From: Candidatus Heimdallarchaeota archaeon
GTDB taxonomy: Archaea; Asgardarchaeota; Heimdallarchaeia; Heimdallarchaeales; Kariarchaeaceae
DNA: 60,373 nucleotides
Assembly (NCBI GenBank): GCA_015523565.1
Contig: WAKA01000219.1
Coordinates: 1 to 60,373, forward strand
Reading direction: 5' to 3'
Part shown: positions 1 through 9,503 of the stretch, one piece after another
How positions within the stretch are numbered: the stretch's first letter is position 1
How the letters are laid out: every line of letters begins with the position of its first letter
Translations under genes and position numbers: made by a program
Notes under the pieces: model-generated
Seen by the model: the letters and a program-made list of their open reading frames with translations, nothing else
Told to the model about the DNA's origin: nothing
Databases searched by the model: none

Positions 1-17
1 CTATTTAATCTGTCTTC

Positions 18-1052
18 TTGATGAAGATCGGTATTTTAACTTCTGGCGGGGATACACCTGGAATGAATGCAGTCATACGGGGTATTGCCTTACGTGCCCG
101 TGACTTGGGACATGAGGTGATTGGAATCAAATATGGCTGGAAAGGGCTGATGGAAGGTCTTTTCATGGAAATTCCGTATGATTATGATGAACTCCTTTCA
201 AAAGGAGGCACTATTCTCTATTCAAGTCGAACCAACCCATACAAAAGGGAGGGTGGCGTAGAACAAATACGCGAAACGTTTGAAAAAAATGGATTGGATG
301 CAGTCATTGCCATTGGTGGGGATGATACTTTAGGTGTTGCAAACAAGCTAACCCAAGAAGGTCTTCCCATGGTTGGAGTGCCAAAGACAATTGATAATGA
401 CCTTGATGCAACGGATTATACATTCGGTTTCAACACTGCTTATTCCATTGCCGCTGAATCCATCGACAAACTGAAAACTACTGCCAAATCTCATGGGCGT
501 GTTTTGGTGGTGGAGGTAATGGGAAGGCACGCAGGGTGGCTGACCCTTTATGCGGGAGTTGCAGGTGGTGCTCATGCTATCTTAATTCCCGAATTTCCAA
601 TTAATTTGGAGGTGGTTGTCTCGATTGTAAAGAAAAGATATGAAAATCCAGACACCTCATGGGCGATAATCGCTGTTTCTGAAGGATATGAGTTTGACAA
701 AAAAGACTTGGAGGGAATTGAGACTGATGAGTTTGGACATGTGCGGTTGGATAAGCTAAAAATTGGTGAACAGATTGCCGAGTACCTCTCAAAGGAGCAT
801 GGCTTTCCTGCAAGGGCTGTTGTTCTTGGTTACCTGCAGCGATCTGGTTCGCCCAATCCATATGATCGTATCCTTTCAACTAGATTGGGCATTACTGCCG
901 CTGAGCTTGTCCATGAAAAGAAATTTGCAATGATGCCTTCCCTTCGTGGCACTAAGATAGTTCCTATTCCCTTGAGCGATGCTGTTGACAAACTGAAACT
1001 TGTGGACGAAGAGCATTGGTCTGTTGCCAAAAAACTAATGGGTCTTGGGTGA
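18..1052 (+). CDS. pfkA: 6-phosphofructokinase, PfkA family, probably PPi-dependent
   Basis: Motifs TSGGD, GGDDT, PKTIDND, EVMGR and LGYLQR are present. Asp in GGDD plus Lys in PKTIDND is the PPi-type signature. Confidence 0.93.
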   Translation: MMKIGILTSGGDTPGMNAVIRGIALRARDLGHEVIGIKYGWKGLMEGLFMEIPYDYDELLSKGGTILYSSRTNPYKREGGVEQIRETFEKNGLDAVIAIGGDDTLGVANKLTQEGLPMVGVPKTIDNDLDATDYTFGFNTAYSIAAESIDKLKTTAKSHGRVLVVEVMGRHAGWLTLYAGVAGGAHAILIPEFPINLEVVVSIVKKRYENPDTSWAIIAVSEGYEFDKKDLEGIETDEFGHVRLDKLKIGEQIAEYLSKEHGFPARAVVLGYLQRSGSPNPYDRILSTRLGITAAELVHEKKFAMMPSLRGTKIVPIPLSDAVDKLKLVDEEHWSVAKKLMGLG

Positions 1053-1595
1053 AGTTTTGTAATAGTGTTTCGTTTTAACCGCCACACCATTGTTTAATTC
1101 CATCATTGCATATCCTGGTTGTTGACTAGTTCCCACTGCAATTAGTTTCCCCTTCTCATCTGTAATCATCACCTCTGAATTCGGGAAAATATTCCCTGTA
1201 ACCTTTTTGACATGTTTGTTGAACAGGGACTTTCCAATTGAAACAAATGGAACTGCCTCTTCAGTTGCCACTACGATGTTTGTTTTCAATCCATTGCTCA
1301 AAAGGAACTCTGCTCCTTCCAATGTTGGCAAATATCTCCCGTCCATGGGTCTTAAATGAAACAATATGCGTTTTCCTGAAATGATTTGGCTAATCCTTCC
1401 TGTCTTCCTTGAATGGACAACTTTCAGGTCTTCAATATCTGGTAGTTTGACACTTGGGAACTGAAACTTGATCATAGTGTAAACCCTCTGCCGTTCAACA
1501 TCAGTTGCAGGCTTTTCCTTACCCATATCTTTCATATCTTGATACCCTAAATAATCGTTGCTGTAAATCCTGAAAACAACATTATTATATTCCAT
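1035..1595 (-). CDS. PUA-domain protein resembling the archaeosine TGT C2/C3 region; true start may be 1535 or 1526
   Basis: SRKTGRI..LRPMDG..PTLEGA followed by a PUA motif (VPFVSIGKSLFNKHV, LIAVG, GVAVK). Confidence 0.8.
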   Translation of the reverse strand: MEYNNVVFRIYSNDYLGYQDMKDMGKEKPATDVERQRVYTMIKFQFPSVKLPDIEDLKVVHSRKTGRISQIISGKRILFHLRPMDGRYLPTLEGAEFLLSNGLKTNIVVATEEAVPFVSIGKSLFNKHVKKVTGNIFPNSEVMITDEKGKLIAVGTSQQPGYAMMELNNGVAVKTKHYYKTSPKTH

Positions 1596-1610
1596 GACTC
1601 AATTTTTGGT

Positions 1611-2012
1611 ATGAGCGCAAGACGTAAGGCACGAAGGGCTGCAAAAAAACAGGCGGGAAATTTTCCTGGTGTTTCTCCAAAAAGCATGAAAAAAGCAATG
1701 GGTCAAATGGATATCAAAAACATTGAGAATGTCGAAGAGGTCATCATTCGTATCCCCTCTGGGGAGTTGGTGTTGAAAGACCCAGAAGTGCAGGTTGTCA
1801 AAATGGGTGGGCAGGAAATTTACACAATTTCTGCAAGTGGGACTGAACGAAGGTCACAACCCTCCAAAAACGATGACTTACCCCAATTTCAGGTTTCTGA
1901 GGACGATGTCCGTTTCATTGTAGAAAAGGCTGGGGTGTCTGAGGCAAAAGCTCGTGAGGCTCTTAAAAAATCCAAGGGTGATCTTGCCGCGGCATTGCTA
2001 TCGGTCACTTAA
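1611..2012 (+). CDS. nac: archaeal nascent polypeptide-associated complex protein
   Basis: NAC domain (VEEVIIR..LVLKDPEV) and C-terminal UBA (EDDVRFIVEKAGVSEAKAREAL..GDLAAALL). Confidence 0.93.
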   Translation: MSARRKARRAAKKQAGNFPGVSPKSMKKAMGQMDIKNIENVEEVIIRIPSGELVLKDPEVQVVKMGGQEIYTISASGTERRSQPSKNDDLPQFQVSEDDVRFIVEKAGVSEAKAREALKKSKGDLAAALLSVT

Positions 2013-2171
2013 GTTATTTCTTGGCAATGATCTAAAATATCTCCTTATATTCGTATTTTATCTTAGTTTTTTCATGGTTTTTTCACAATGTTCTCGTAAT
2101 GATCGAATTACTTTAATATGTGAAGTTTTTATTTTTTATTTGCTATAGAAACAATACTGTGGCGGTGAACC

Positions 2172-3077
2172 ATGAAAAAGAATATTACATATCTACTACT
2201 TGCTGTTCTTTTCATTGGTGCAATGTATGGTTCTGCAATCAGAACACTTGCCCATGAGGACGAAGAAGATGAGGGGGTATCTGGACTTGTCGTTAATGCA
2301 ACAAAAGCTGACCTTTCTGCATTTACCGTTGATGGTGGTGAAGCGGACTGGGATGCTGCTAATGTCCCTAAATATCTTGTCACACTAAGGATGTTGAACA
2401 ACAATGCTTCAACTCTCCAGGGCGAATTCAAAATCGCTTATAATGACACCCATCTTGCATTGCTTTTCATCATAGAAGACGATTATCAGGTGAACTTGAC
2501 CTCTCCCAGACTTTCACCTGCCGTGGCTGTTGAATGGAAGATCGATGACGCCGCTGGTCCACACATGGGTGTAGATGGTGGTCAATCATTGGGAAAGGTT
2601 GACATCTGGCATTGGAAACTTCAGCACAATGCTACCTATCTCCACACCCCAAATCCCAATAGCGGTCGCAGTGGTAACGGTCTTGATGATGAATGGGCAA
2701 CCTCTCCAACAAACAGGTATGATGATGCCAAGGAAAGTTCCCTCTATGGTGCTTGGAACTATAATTCTGAAGAAGGCGAATATGTTTTTGAATTTATGAG
2801 GCCTTTCACCACAAATGATGCAAATGACACCCAATTCAGTATGGACAAGGCTTTCTATATGAACTTGGCCTATTGGGATCCAAGTCAGTCTGAAACAGGT
2901 TGGTCTGGATCTGGTCACTATATCACTGTTCCTGACTACAATTGGATACAAATTAACATTGGAACTGTTGCCCCTGAACCCCAAGAATCATCTTCTGACT
3001 CTAGTCCTGCATTCCTGCTTTGGGCAACATTGGTGACTGTTGCCACCGTTGCAGTTCTCAAGAAGAAGAAATACTAG
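2172..3077 (+). CDS. secreted, membrane-anchored DOMON-like heme-binding protein (ethylbenzene-dehydrogenase-gamma-like)
   Basis: Signal peptide; VDG..DW, HMG, VDIWHWK and EFMRPFTT motifs; C-terminal PAF + TM helix + KKKK. Confidence 0.65.
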   Translation: MKKNITYLLLAVLFIGAMYGSAIRTLAHEDEEDEGVSGLVVNATKADLSAFTVDGGEADWDAANVPKYLVTLRMLNNNASTLQGEFKIAYNDTHLALLFIIEDDYQVNLTSPRLSPAVAVEWKIDDAAGPHMGVDGGQSLGKVDIWHWKLQHNATYLHTPNPNSGRSGNGLDDEWATSPTNRYDDAKESSLYGAWNYNSEEGEYVFEFMRPFTTNDANDTQFSMDKAFYMNLAYWDPSQSETGWSGSGHYITVPDYNWIQINIGTVAPEPQESSSDSSPAFLLWATLVTVATVAVLKKKKY

Positions 3078-3880
3078 ACTTTAGCTATTTCAAATATTAT
3101 CTCATAATGTAATAATCCTGGTGAATACTTTTTCACCTTCATAATTTTTGTATTTTTTATATCGACATTTTGCTTCTTTATTATCGAAATATATTCTGAT
3201 ATTAACTCCTTTTTTTTTCTTGGCTTTCCAATTGGATGGATGTGTATTTTCCCCTCTTTTCCCAAGGCTTTCAATGCAACTCTTAAATGACTTTCATCGA
3301 CCCCATGAAATCCCATGAAAATTCGATCTGCCCAGTCCTTTATGGTTATGTCTCTACAGTCCATATTGTGTGCATGTATTGCTGATTTACCATTTGCCTC
3401 TAATGTTTTGATCAAATATGAGTATGTTATGGGATCCTTTTCTACAAGAATGTATTCGACGTTTTTGTGTACAATTGGTTGCATGCTCAAGTTTCCAACT
3501 GCCGCAAACATATCCAGAAGCCGTTCTCCCTTTTCCACCTCTTTTGCAAGTCTTCTTCTCAATTCACTGTTTCCACCTGAGAATGTGACCTTGGCAATGT
3601 CCAGAATATATTTGACCCCATTTTCCTTATGTATGACCTCTGTTTTGGCTGTTCCTGCCAAATGTCTTAGGATTGGTCTCCTGTTTTCTCCACTTGTGCC
3701 TAGCTGTTGAAAAACTCCGTTACACCATTTGTACTTTGAGACTGCAATTTCTCCCACTTCTTTAGGGATCGGATGGGGATGGCGGAGTACCATCAGGTTT
3801 CCGATTCTCTTATAGCCCTTGGGTATCTGATATGGTAATAGATTGCTGTGTTGCAATACTGTCTCACGGAAGGTGGGCAT
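3074..3880 (-). CDS. Trm5/Taw2-family tRNA SAM-dependent transferase
   Basis: HKENGVKYILD, FSGGN..R, LDMFAAVGNLS, ADRIFMG and VKKYSPG. Confidence 0.85.
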   Translation of the reverse strand: MPTFRETVLQHSNLLPYQIPKGYKRIGNLMVLRHPHPIPKEVGEIAVSKYKWCNGVFQQLGTSGENRRPILRHLAGTAKTEVIHKENGVKYILDIAKVTFSGGNSELRRRLAKEVEKGERLLDMFAAVGNLSMQPIVHKNVEYILVEKDPITYSYLIKTLEANGKSAIHAHNMDCRDITIKDWADRIFMGFHGVDESHLRVALKALGKEGKIHIHPIGKPRKKKELISEYISIIKKQNVDIKNTKIMKVKKYSPGLLHYEIIFEIAKV

Positions 3881-3958
3881 GTCAATTCATTTATTTTCTC
3901 TCATGAATTTATTGTTTCCATTGCACACATTTAAGCAAGGCAATTTTCTAAATGATAT

Positions 3959-4720
3959 GTGATGCTGGATAGTTCCAAGAACTGTCTTCCCATTAAAGAT
4001 GCCGTCAATCATTGGCCTCCACTAACATCCTATGTAAAATCTGGAAAAATAGACCTTGGTGACCCAAATGCCTTAAGGGAATATAATATGGCAATTTTAT
4101 ATTGGTTGACAGGATATCGAATTGAAATGCCAATGGGTAACCTTATCCCTGCTGTATGTCTTAGGAATACCTATGTCCACTATCTTAGGAATCGTTTTCC
4201 CAACGCGAAAGTCTTGGTGGATATAGGGACTGGTGCATCAGCAATTCTTTCCTTGCTCGCCTTTCATTATGGGTTCGATGTCGTTGCCACGGAAGTGGAT
4301 GCTGTTTCACTTGCATATGCAAAAAGAAATGCGGAAATCAATCATGCTTCCATTCGTTTTTTTCAAAGCCAAGGGGGAATTTTTATTGATGTAATACCAA
4401 AATCATTGATTGAAAAAATTGACATATGTGTTACCTATCCTCCATTTTATCCTACTGACAAGCCTGGTCGGACATCCATGAAAAAACGGGGATTCAAGGG
4501 TACAGGCTCCGAATTATTTGGTGGTGAAACAGGCATGGAATTTACTGTAAGGTATATTGAAGAATCCATTCACTTAAATATTCCAATTACTACTGTTTTG
4601 CTTCATAAAAAGAAATTTGCAGAGTTTGCAAGTGAGGCAATGGAAAGCCAATACAATGTAGAGACCATCCCAATCAAGGCAGGCAATCGCATCCGCTATC
4701 TTGTATTGGGTATTTCTTAG
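3959..4720 (+). CDS. RlmF/METTL16-related RNA adenine methyltransferase
   Basis: LIPAV..R..Y, VDIGTGASAI, ATEVD, (T)YPPFY and EL.GGE. Confidence 0.8.
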   Translation: MMLDSSKNCLPIKDAVNHWPPLTSYVKSGKIDLGDPNALREYNMAILYWLTGYRIEMPMGNLIPAVCLRNTYVHYLRNRFPNAKVLVDIGTGASAILSLLAFHYGFDVVATEVDAVSLAYAKRNAEINHASIRFFQSQGGIFIDVIPKSLIEKIDICVTYPPFYPTDKPGRTSMKKRGFKGTGSELFGGETGMEFTVRYIEESIHLNIPITTVLLHKKKFAEFASEAMESQYNVETIPIKAGNRIRYLVLGIS

Positions 4721-4772
4721 ACCTGTTTTCGATCGACTTATTTTTATTGGACTTATACTTAAATGAATTAGA

Positions 4773-5045
4773 ATGTCCGAAAGAAAAGTAGCAGTCAAGA
4801 AAAAGAAGAAATGGGGTAAAACATATGAGTATGTCCCAGTCGTCAGATCAATGACCCTTGACGAGGAGAAAATGGCAGAAATTGAAAAAGAACTGAAAAA
4901 TTTGAAACCTACCACTCCTGAATCATTTGCAAACAAATACGGTATCAAGGTCAGCCTTGCCAAGCTTATCCTTAAAAAATATGCTGAGGATGGCAAAATC
5001 AAGGTCTTGTCTAAAGGTACCCGTACCGAGCTTTACTCCTCTTAA
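4773..5045 (+). CDS. rps25e: 30S ribosomal protein eS25
   Basis: KKKKWGK N-terminus, then a winged-helix pattern (TP..FANKYGIKVSLAK..L). Confidence 0.88.
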   Translation: MSERKVAVKKKKKWGKTYEYVPVVRSMTLDEEKMAEIEKELKNLKPTTPESFANKYGIKVSLAKLILKKYAEDGKIKVLSKGTRTELYSS

Positions 5046-5671
5046 TTCTTCCCTTTTTTCTTTCCAGCCAGTCGCTTCATCTCATTTATTCGTGTATTCC
5101 AGTCCCAATCTTTGAATGTGTCAAATCCATGATTTTCTGGGTTATCTTCCACCACAAATTCATTGACTATGAGATATGAGACATCTCCCAATGCATCAAC
5201 TAATCCTATGACCAATTTCTTATGGCTTTTTTCTGCTTTTTCAAGCAAATATTCCAAATCCTTGATTTGAATGGCATCACCCTCCCTCAAGGGTCGGACA
5301 TAATACTTTGCCTTTGCCTTTGGGAGCTTTGCACCTTTCTCATAAAGCCTGAAAAAGAATGTTGATCCTTCTCCTTGGTTGATTACATGACCTCGTAACC
5401 TTAAGTCCTTATATACCAAATACCTGTCTGAAAATTCTGGATCTGCCTCCCCAAACATTGAATATAGTTCTATCTCCGTCAGAACCTTCTTGTCAGAATT
5501 CATGGCTTTGATTTTGCCACGCTCAGTCAAATGCAGAACCTCATAGGGAGAGAGTGCAATGCCTCCGCCAGGTAAAGGTCTACCATATGACCCCAAATTA
5601 TAAAGTGTAATTGCATTTGCACCTGCGGCTATCCCTCCAGTGCTTTTAACAAGGACAGGTATTTCCATCAA
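5042..5671 (-). CDS. endA: tRNA-splicing endonuclease subunit, probably the non-catalytic structural subunit
   Basis: LSPYEVLHL, YLVYKDLR.RG, FRLYEKG and VD..GDVSY are present. The catalytic Tyr and His positions are substituted. Confidence 0.8.
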   Translation of the reverse strand: MMEIPVLVKSTGGIAAGANAITLYNLGSYGRPLPGGGIALSPYEVLHLTERGKIKAMNSDKKVLTEIELYSMFGEADPEFSDRYLVYKDLRLRGHVINQGEGSTFFFRLYEKGAKLPKAKAKYYVRPLREGDAIQIKDLEYLLEKAEKSHKKLVIGLVDALGDVSYLIVNEFVVEDNPENHGFDTFKDWDWNTRINEMKRLAGKKKGKN

Positions 5672-5760
5672 GCCCCATTTCTCTTTCTGGTAAATAAATT
5701 CTAATGTAGTTATTTTCTCTCTAACCTTTGGTTTATATCTTTGAAAAACATCTTTTAATC

Positions 5761-6294
5761 ATGAGTTACAAAAAGGAAGTGACTTTGTTCAGAATTGAAA
5801 AAGATAAGTTCTTCAAAAACTCACATCATAGCCCCCTGACAGAAAACCAAAGACAACGTTTTACACAATTGGAGTATTTTCCTGTCGATGAAAAATATCG
5901 GTTAAAAGTCAAACTGCATAAGTTGGACAATCAAGAGACAGTTACCATGCAAACATCCGACGGATTGTGGAGAGACTACATAAGATATGGTTATTTTGAT
6001 TTTGAGATTGATGGGCAAAAGGCAAGACTCTATGTGTACAGGTCTTCCGACAATCCTGATTATTATTTCATCCCATTCAAGGACAAAACTTCTGGAAAGG
6101 AAACATATGGTGCTGGAAGATACGTGGAAGTGGAACAGGTCAGTGATGACGAATTTATTCTAGACTTCAATATGGCATACAACCCCTATTGTGCGTATAA
6201 TGGTCGATTTTCCTGTCCAATCCCTCCAAGGGAGAACTGGCTTGATATTCCAATCTACGCAGGAGAGAAAAGCTATCCCGATGCGGAATATTAA
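5761..6294 (+). CDS. DUF1684 family protein
   Basis: PFKDKTSGKETYGAGRY, LDFNMAYNPYCAY..CPIPP.EN and AGEK. Confidence 0.9.
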   Translation: MSYKKEVTLFRIEKDKFFKNSHHSPLTENQRQRFTQLEYFPVDEKYRLKVKLHKLDNQETVTMQTSDGLWRDYIRYGYFDFEIDGQKARLYVYRSSDNPDYYFIPFKDKTSGKETYGAGRYVEVEQVSDDEFILDFNMAYNPYCAYNGRFSCPIPPRENWLDIPIYAGEKSYPDAEY

Positions 6295-6419
6295 ATTTGG
6301 ACTTGATACAATGAAACACAATTATTCCCACTGAATTCAAAAATTGTTGTTGTTCTTTTTTTTTGTTTCTCAATGGCATTTTGTTCAATACAATGGAACA
6401 ATGACTAATTCTTTATATT

Positions 6420-7196
6420 TTGCCATGGTCTCTCCCTTTTGTGGCAGAACCCCCTGTTGAAATTAGAACCGAGCCAAAACCAACTATTGTTCGTGAATTC
6501 CCTATTTCCTATATTCGTATAGACAGGCTTCTTCCCCATGAAGAAACTATCTATCATTCCATGCAACGGCTTATGGATGATTTGCAAATGCATGGGATAT
6601 TACGGTATCCTATTGTTGTATCTCAGGATACCTATGTGGTGCTTGATGGTCATCACAGGTACAGTGCATTAAAAGAATTGGGCTATCATTTCGCCCCTGT
6701 CATATTGCTTGATTATGATAATGATGATTTGGTGACTGTTGATACATGGTATCCCATTGTCTCAAAATCAATGGATGATTTTTTACCTGCGTTAGGGAAC
6801 TTTGAAAAAGAAATCATGTGCAATGGTACTGATTTGGAAAAAGCTATTGACGCAGTCAAGAAAAGAGAACATACAGCAGTTATTGGGAATCAAGAGTCCT
6901 ATTTTTGTGTTGAGGGCATTCGCGACGCCATTTTTGAAGTTATCAGAGAAAAATATGAAGGTGTGACACGATATGCCGATAACCCTTTGGTTGCTTTTGA
7001 ACATGCTTCAAGCCAAGGGACTGCTGTAGTGTCTTGGTCATACAGTAAACAGGAAATTGTGCAACGTGCACAGAGCCATGAGGTTTTCCTTCCTAAGACT
7101 ACCCGCCATACAATCAAATACCGCTATCCTCCTATAAACTTGAACCTTAAAGAATTGGAAAAAGTAACTGAGGAACGAATTATTAAATTTGAATGA
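6420..7196 (+). CDS. serK: ParB/Srx-fold free serine kinase, SerK-like
   Basis: PHE, DGHHR, AP..LDY....V.TWYP and C-terminal EVF.PKTTRH match the Thermococcales SerK pattern. Confidence 0.72.
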   Translation: MPWSLPFVAEPPVEIRTEPKPTIVREFPISYIRIDRLLPHEETIYHSMQRLMDDLQMHGILRYPIVVSQDTYVVLDGHHRYSALKELGYHFAPVILLDYDNDDLVTVDTWYPIVSKSMDDFLPALGNFEKEIMCNGTDLEKAIDAVKKREHTAVIGNQESYFCVEGIRDAIFEVIREKYEGVTRYADNPLVAFEHASSQGTAVVSWSYSKQEIVQRAQSHEVFLPKTTRHTIKYRYPPINLNLKELEKVTEERIIKFE

Positions 7197-7986
7197 ATGG
7201 TCTTTCTTTCATGTCCTTTTCTTCCTTGAATGTGAAATACGCAGGTACTACAAGCCTATGGATTGATCTGTTTGCATCAGGATCGTACTCCCACGTATTG
7301 ATCAATTCGATTAGGTACCGTATAATAAATTCAGGATAGGCTTTTGGTTCGGGAAACAATTCTTTGTTTGCATGTGAAAGGACAAAGTAAAGGGTATTCC
7401 CCTCGTCTTTGGTCTCATAGGTTGCCCTGATTAATTGATGTAACCTTGGTGTGCCATAATTGACCTTTGTTTCATGATCCATGTTCTCAATTCCAGCAAA
7501 CCATGCTTGATAGGCTACTTTTCGTAAGACTTGATCCTTTGTATGTGTTGCCTCCAATATGTTATCAAGCAAGTCAATGTCTGTTGTTCCCTTCAAGGTT
7601 TGGATTATTGCATAAAGTAGGTCATCAGATGCTTCCTGTATCATTTTCCCAAAGAGCTTTTCCCTTTCCTCCAGTGGAAGCTCTTGCAAAATCTCAATTA
7701 TTGTGATCTTTTTCAGTAGGTATGCATTTTGGAATTCCTCAATCAGCCGATTTTTTGCAATTTGGGGATCCTTGATAAACAAGTTTCGGATTGCTATTGT
7801 TGCAGTCAACCTGATGATGTTTTCGTCACTATCCAAAAAGGGAAGCAGAATTTCATAATCTTCAGGATAACCATATTCCCCTATAATCTGTATTGCTTTC
7901 ACTTGTGTATGGAGCTTCTTGCTTTTGAGTTTTCTAAGAGCCAAGCCCCTCCAAATTTTTTTTGACAGGTTTTCCAAGAATGTCAT
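7183..7986 (-). CDS. HEAT-repeat protein
   Basis: Repeated L..LD..D..IR..A..A helical pairs; 4-bp overlap with the upstream gene. Confidence 0.75.
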   Translation of the reverse strand: MTFLENLSKKIWRGLALRKLKSKKLHTQVKAIQIIGEYGYPEDYEILLPFLDSDENIIRLTATIAIRNLFIKDPQIAKNRLIEEFQNAYLLKKITIIEILQELPLEEREKLFGKMIQEASDDLLYAIIQTLKGTTDIDLLDNILEATHTKDQVLRKVAYQAWFAGIENMDHETKVNYGTPRLHQLIRATYETKDEGNTLYFVLSHANKELFPEPKAYPEFIIRYLIELINTWEYDPDANRSIHRLVVPAYFTFKEEKDMKERPFIQI

Positions 7987-9503
7987 TGAATTACCTCTCC
8001 TTGCTTGATAAGATACCTGATCGCACGATGTTGGGGTTCTGTCAGGTTTTTGAGCTCTGAATAATCTGCCATTTGTGACAATTTGCCTTCATCCTCACGA
8101 ACTTCACTGATATAGGCATCCTTTCTTCTTGTAACCTGTACTGCTCTTGACACCAATGGCAGGTCGTAAGGGGATGTCGGATACCCTGTTCCCGTTTTCA
8201 CTCCAAGATAAGCTGCGATATGCATCCCTGCAAATTTTTTGAAGACAATGATATCAGGGAGACCTGGTAATGGGATAATAAAACCGCCTTTGTCTGCGAG
8301 GAGATGATTTCTCAAAATGATCATTTGTTCTTGACCAATGGCATCCTCATTGATGCTGAAAACAGCCACATCTCTGTCTGGAAGTTTTACTCGCCCATGA
8401 GCAATCACTGCTGGCTTGTCCATCAAAAGCTCTAGCCGTGAATTGATCTTTTTCCGCTGGATCTTTCCCACCAGATCTGCAACCCTGTCATAATTTTGTG
8501 CTCTTATTGGCCAAAGGTCTGCCCAATAGCCGTTTCTAAATCTATGCCACTGTAATGCCTCGTCCCCTAGTTGGTTTCTGTATGTTTCCAATCTTTGCTT
8601 AGTGTCGCTCCGTTTCCAATGCTTGACAAGTTCATAGTCGTTTTTCAATCCTTTTGCAATTTCGTAAACGCTTTTACCTTTATTTTCTTCTGCAAGCCAA
8701 TTCAAGAAGACATACCCGACCTCTCCAAATGGCTGACCAAGATTTCCTTTAAGTTTTGGTTTGATCTTGACCTTGATTTCCTCTTTCAATCCATCCAGAT
8801 AGGTTCTTAATGCGTATGTCCCAAAACCATGAAGTGTAAGCTCCCAGAGAGGCATTTTTCTTTCCAATTGCGTTCTTTCCTTCACAATTCCCTTTATTTC
8901 AAGCAAGAAATTGTAGAAGACAGAGGTATTTCTCATAGAGGCAGGAGGTACATAAAAATCATCAATTCCATAAAGGGATAGGAGTCTAAGTGATGCAACA
9001 AAATCTTGGAAGTATTGCCATGCCCATGGTGCCGATCTTTCCTTGACTAATTCAAATACATTGTTTGCAAACAGTTCCTTGATGATTGCGTCTTTTTTGT
9101 AAATTTGTTCCAAGAGTCTTGGAAATGTTGATTCTGTTTTTTCAGCAAGCAAAGCCATGGAAAGAAGCTGCACAAGTTTTGCCTTGATTACTTCCTTGTC
9201 CAATTCAAATCTAGATGCAGGGAAATAAATTCTCGGTCGTTCTGATGCAAGGAAGAGGTCTTGACCATTTGGGACAATCTTATTGATATTTTTCAATTCC
9301 TGAAGCAATTCCAGTTCATTTGTGGAGATAAGTGCATGTGGGGTTCCTGCTTGGTTTGTCTGGAGTAGCACGGAGTCATAAATGCCACTGTCTAGAAATA
9401 GGGCGACAAGGTAATTTTCTGGCGTTTCGCCAAACATCTCTTTTACACTTTCCCTTGCTTCAAGATAAGCCTCAATAAACTTGGGATTTGTTTTGTTCAT
9501 CAT
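7983..9503 (-). CDS. hypothetical protein (506 aa) in the AAA/vWA operon
   Basis: Long ORF with ATGA-type overlaps to both neighbours; no family recognised. Confidence 0.75.
   Translation of the reverse strand: MMNKTNPKFIEAYLEARESVKEMFGETPENYLVALFLDSGIYDSVLLQTNQAGTPHALISTNELELLQELKNINKIVPNGQDLFLASERPRIYFPASRFELDKEVIKAKLVQLLSMALLAEKTESTFPRLLEQIYKKDAIIKELFANNVFELVKERSAPWAWQYFQDFVASLRLLSLYGIDDFYVPPASMRNTSVFYNFLLEIKGIVKERTQLERKMPLWELTLHGFGTYALRTYLDGLKEEIKVKIKPKLKGNLGQPFGEVGYVFLNWLAEENKGKSVYEIAKGLKNDYELVKHWKRSDTKQRLETYRNQLGDEALQWHRFRNGYWADLWPIRAQNYDRVADLVGKIQRKKINSRLELLMDKPAVIAHGRVKLPDRDVAVFSINEDAIGQEQMIILRNHLLADKGGFIIPLPGLPDIIVFKKFAGMHIAAYLGVKTGTGYPTSPYDLPLVSRAVQVTRRKDAYISEVREDEGKLSQMADYSELKNLTEPQHRAIRYLIKQGEVIQ

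Noticed and set aside
6420-7196. ParB partitioning protein marking a plasmid
   Set aside because: There is no HTH or ParA partner, and the motifs fit SerK better.
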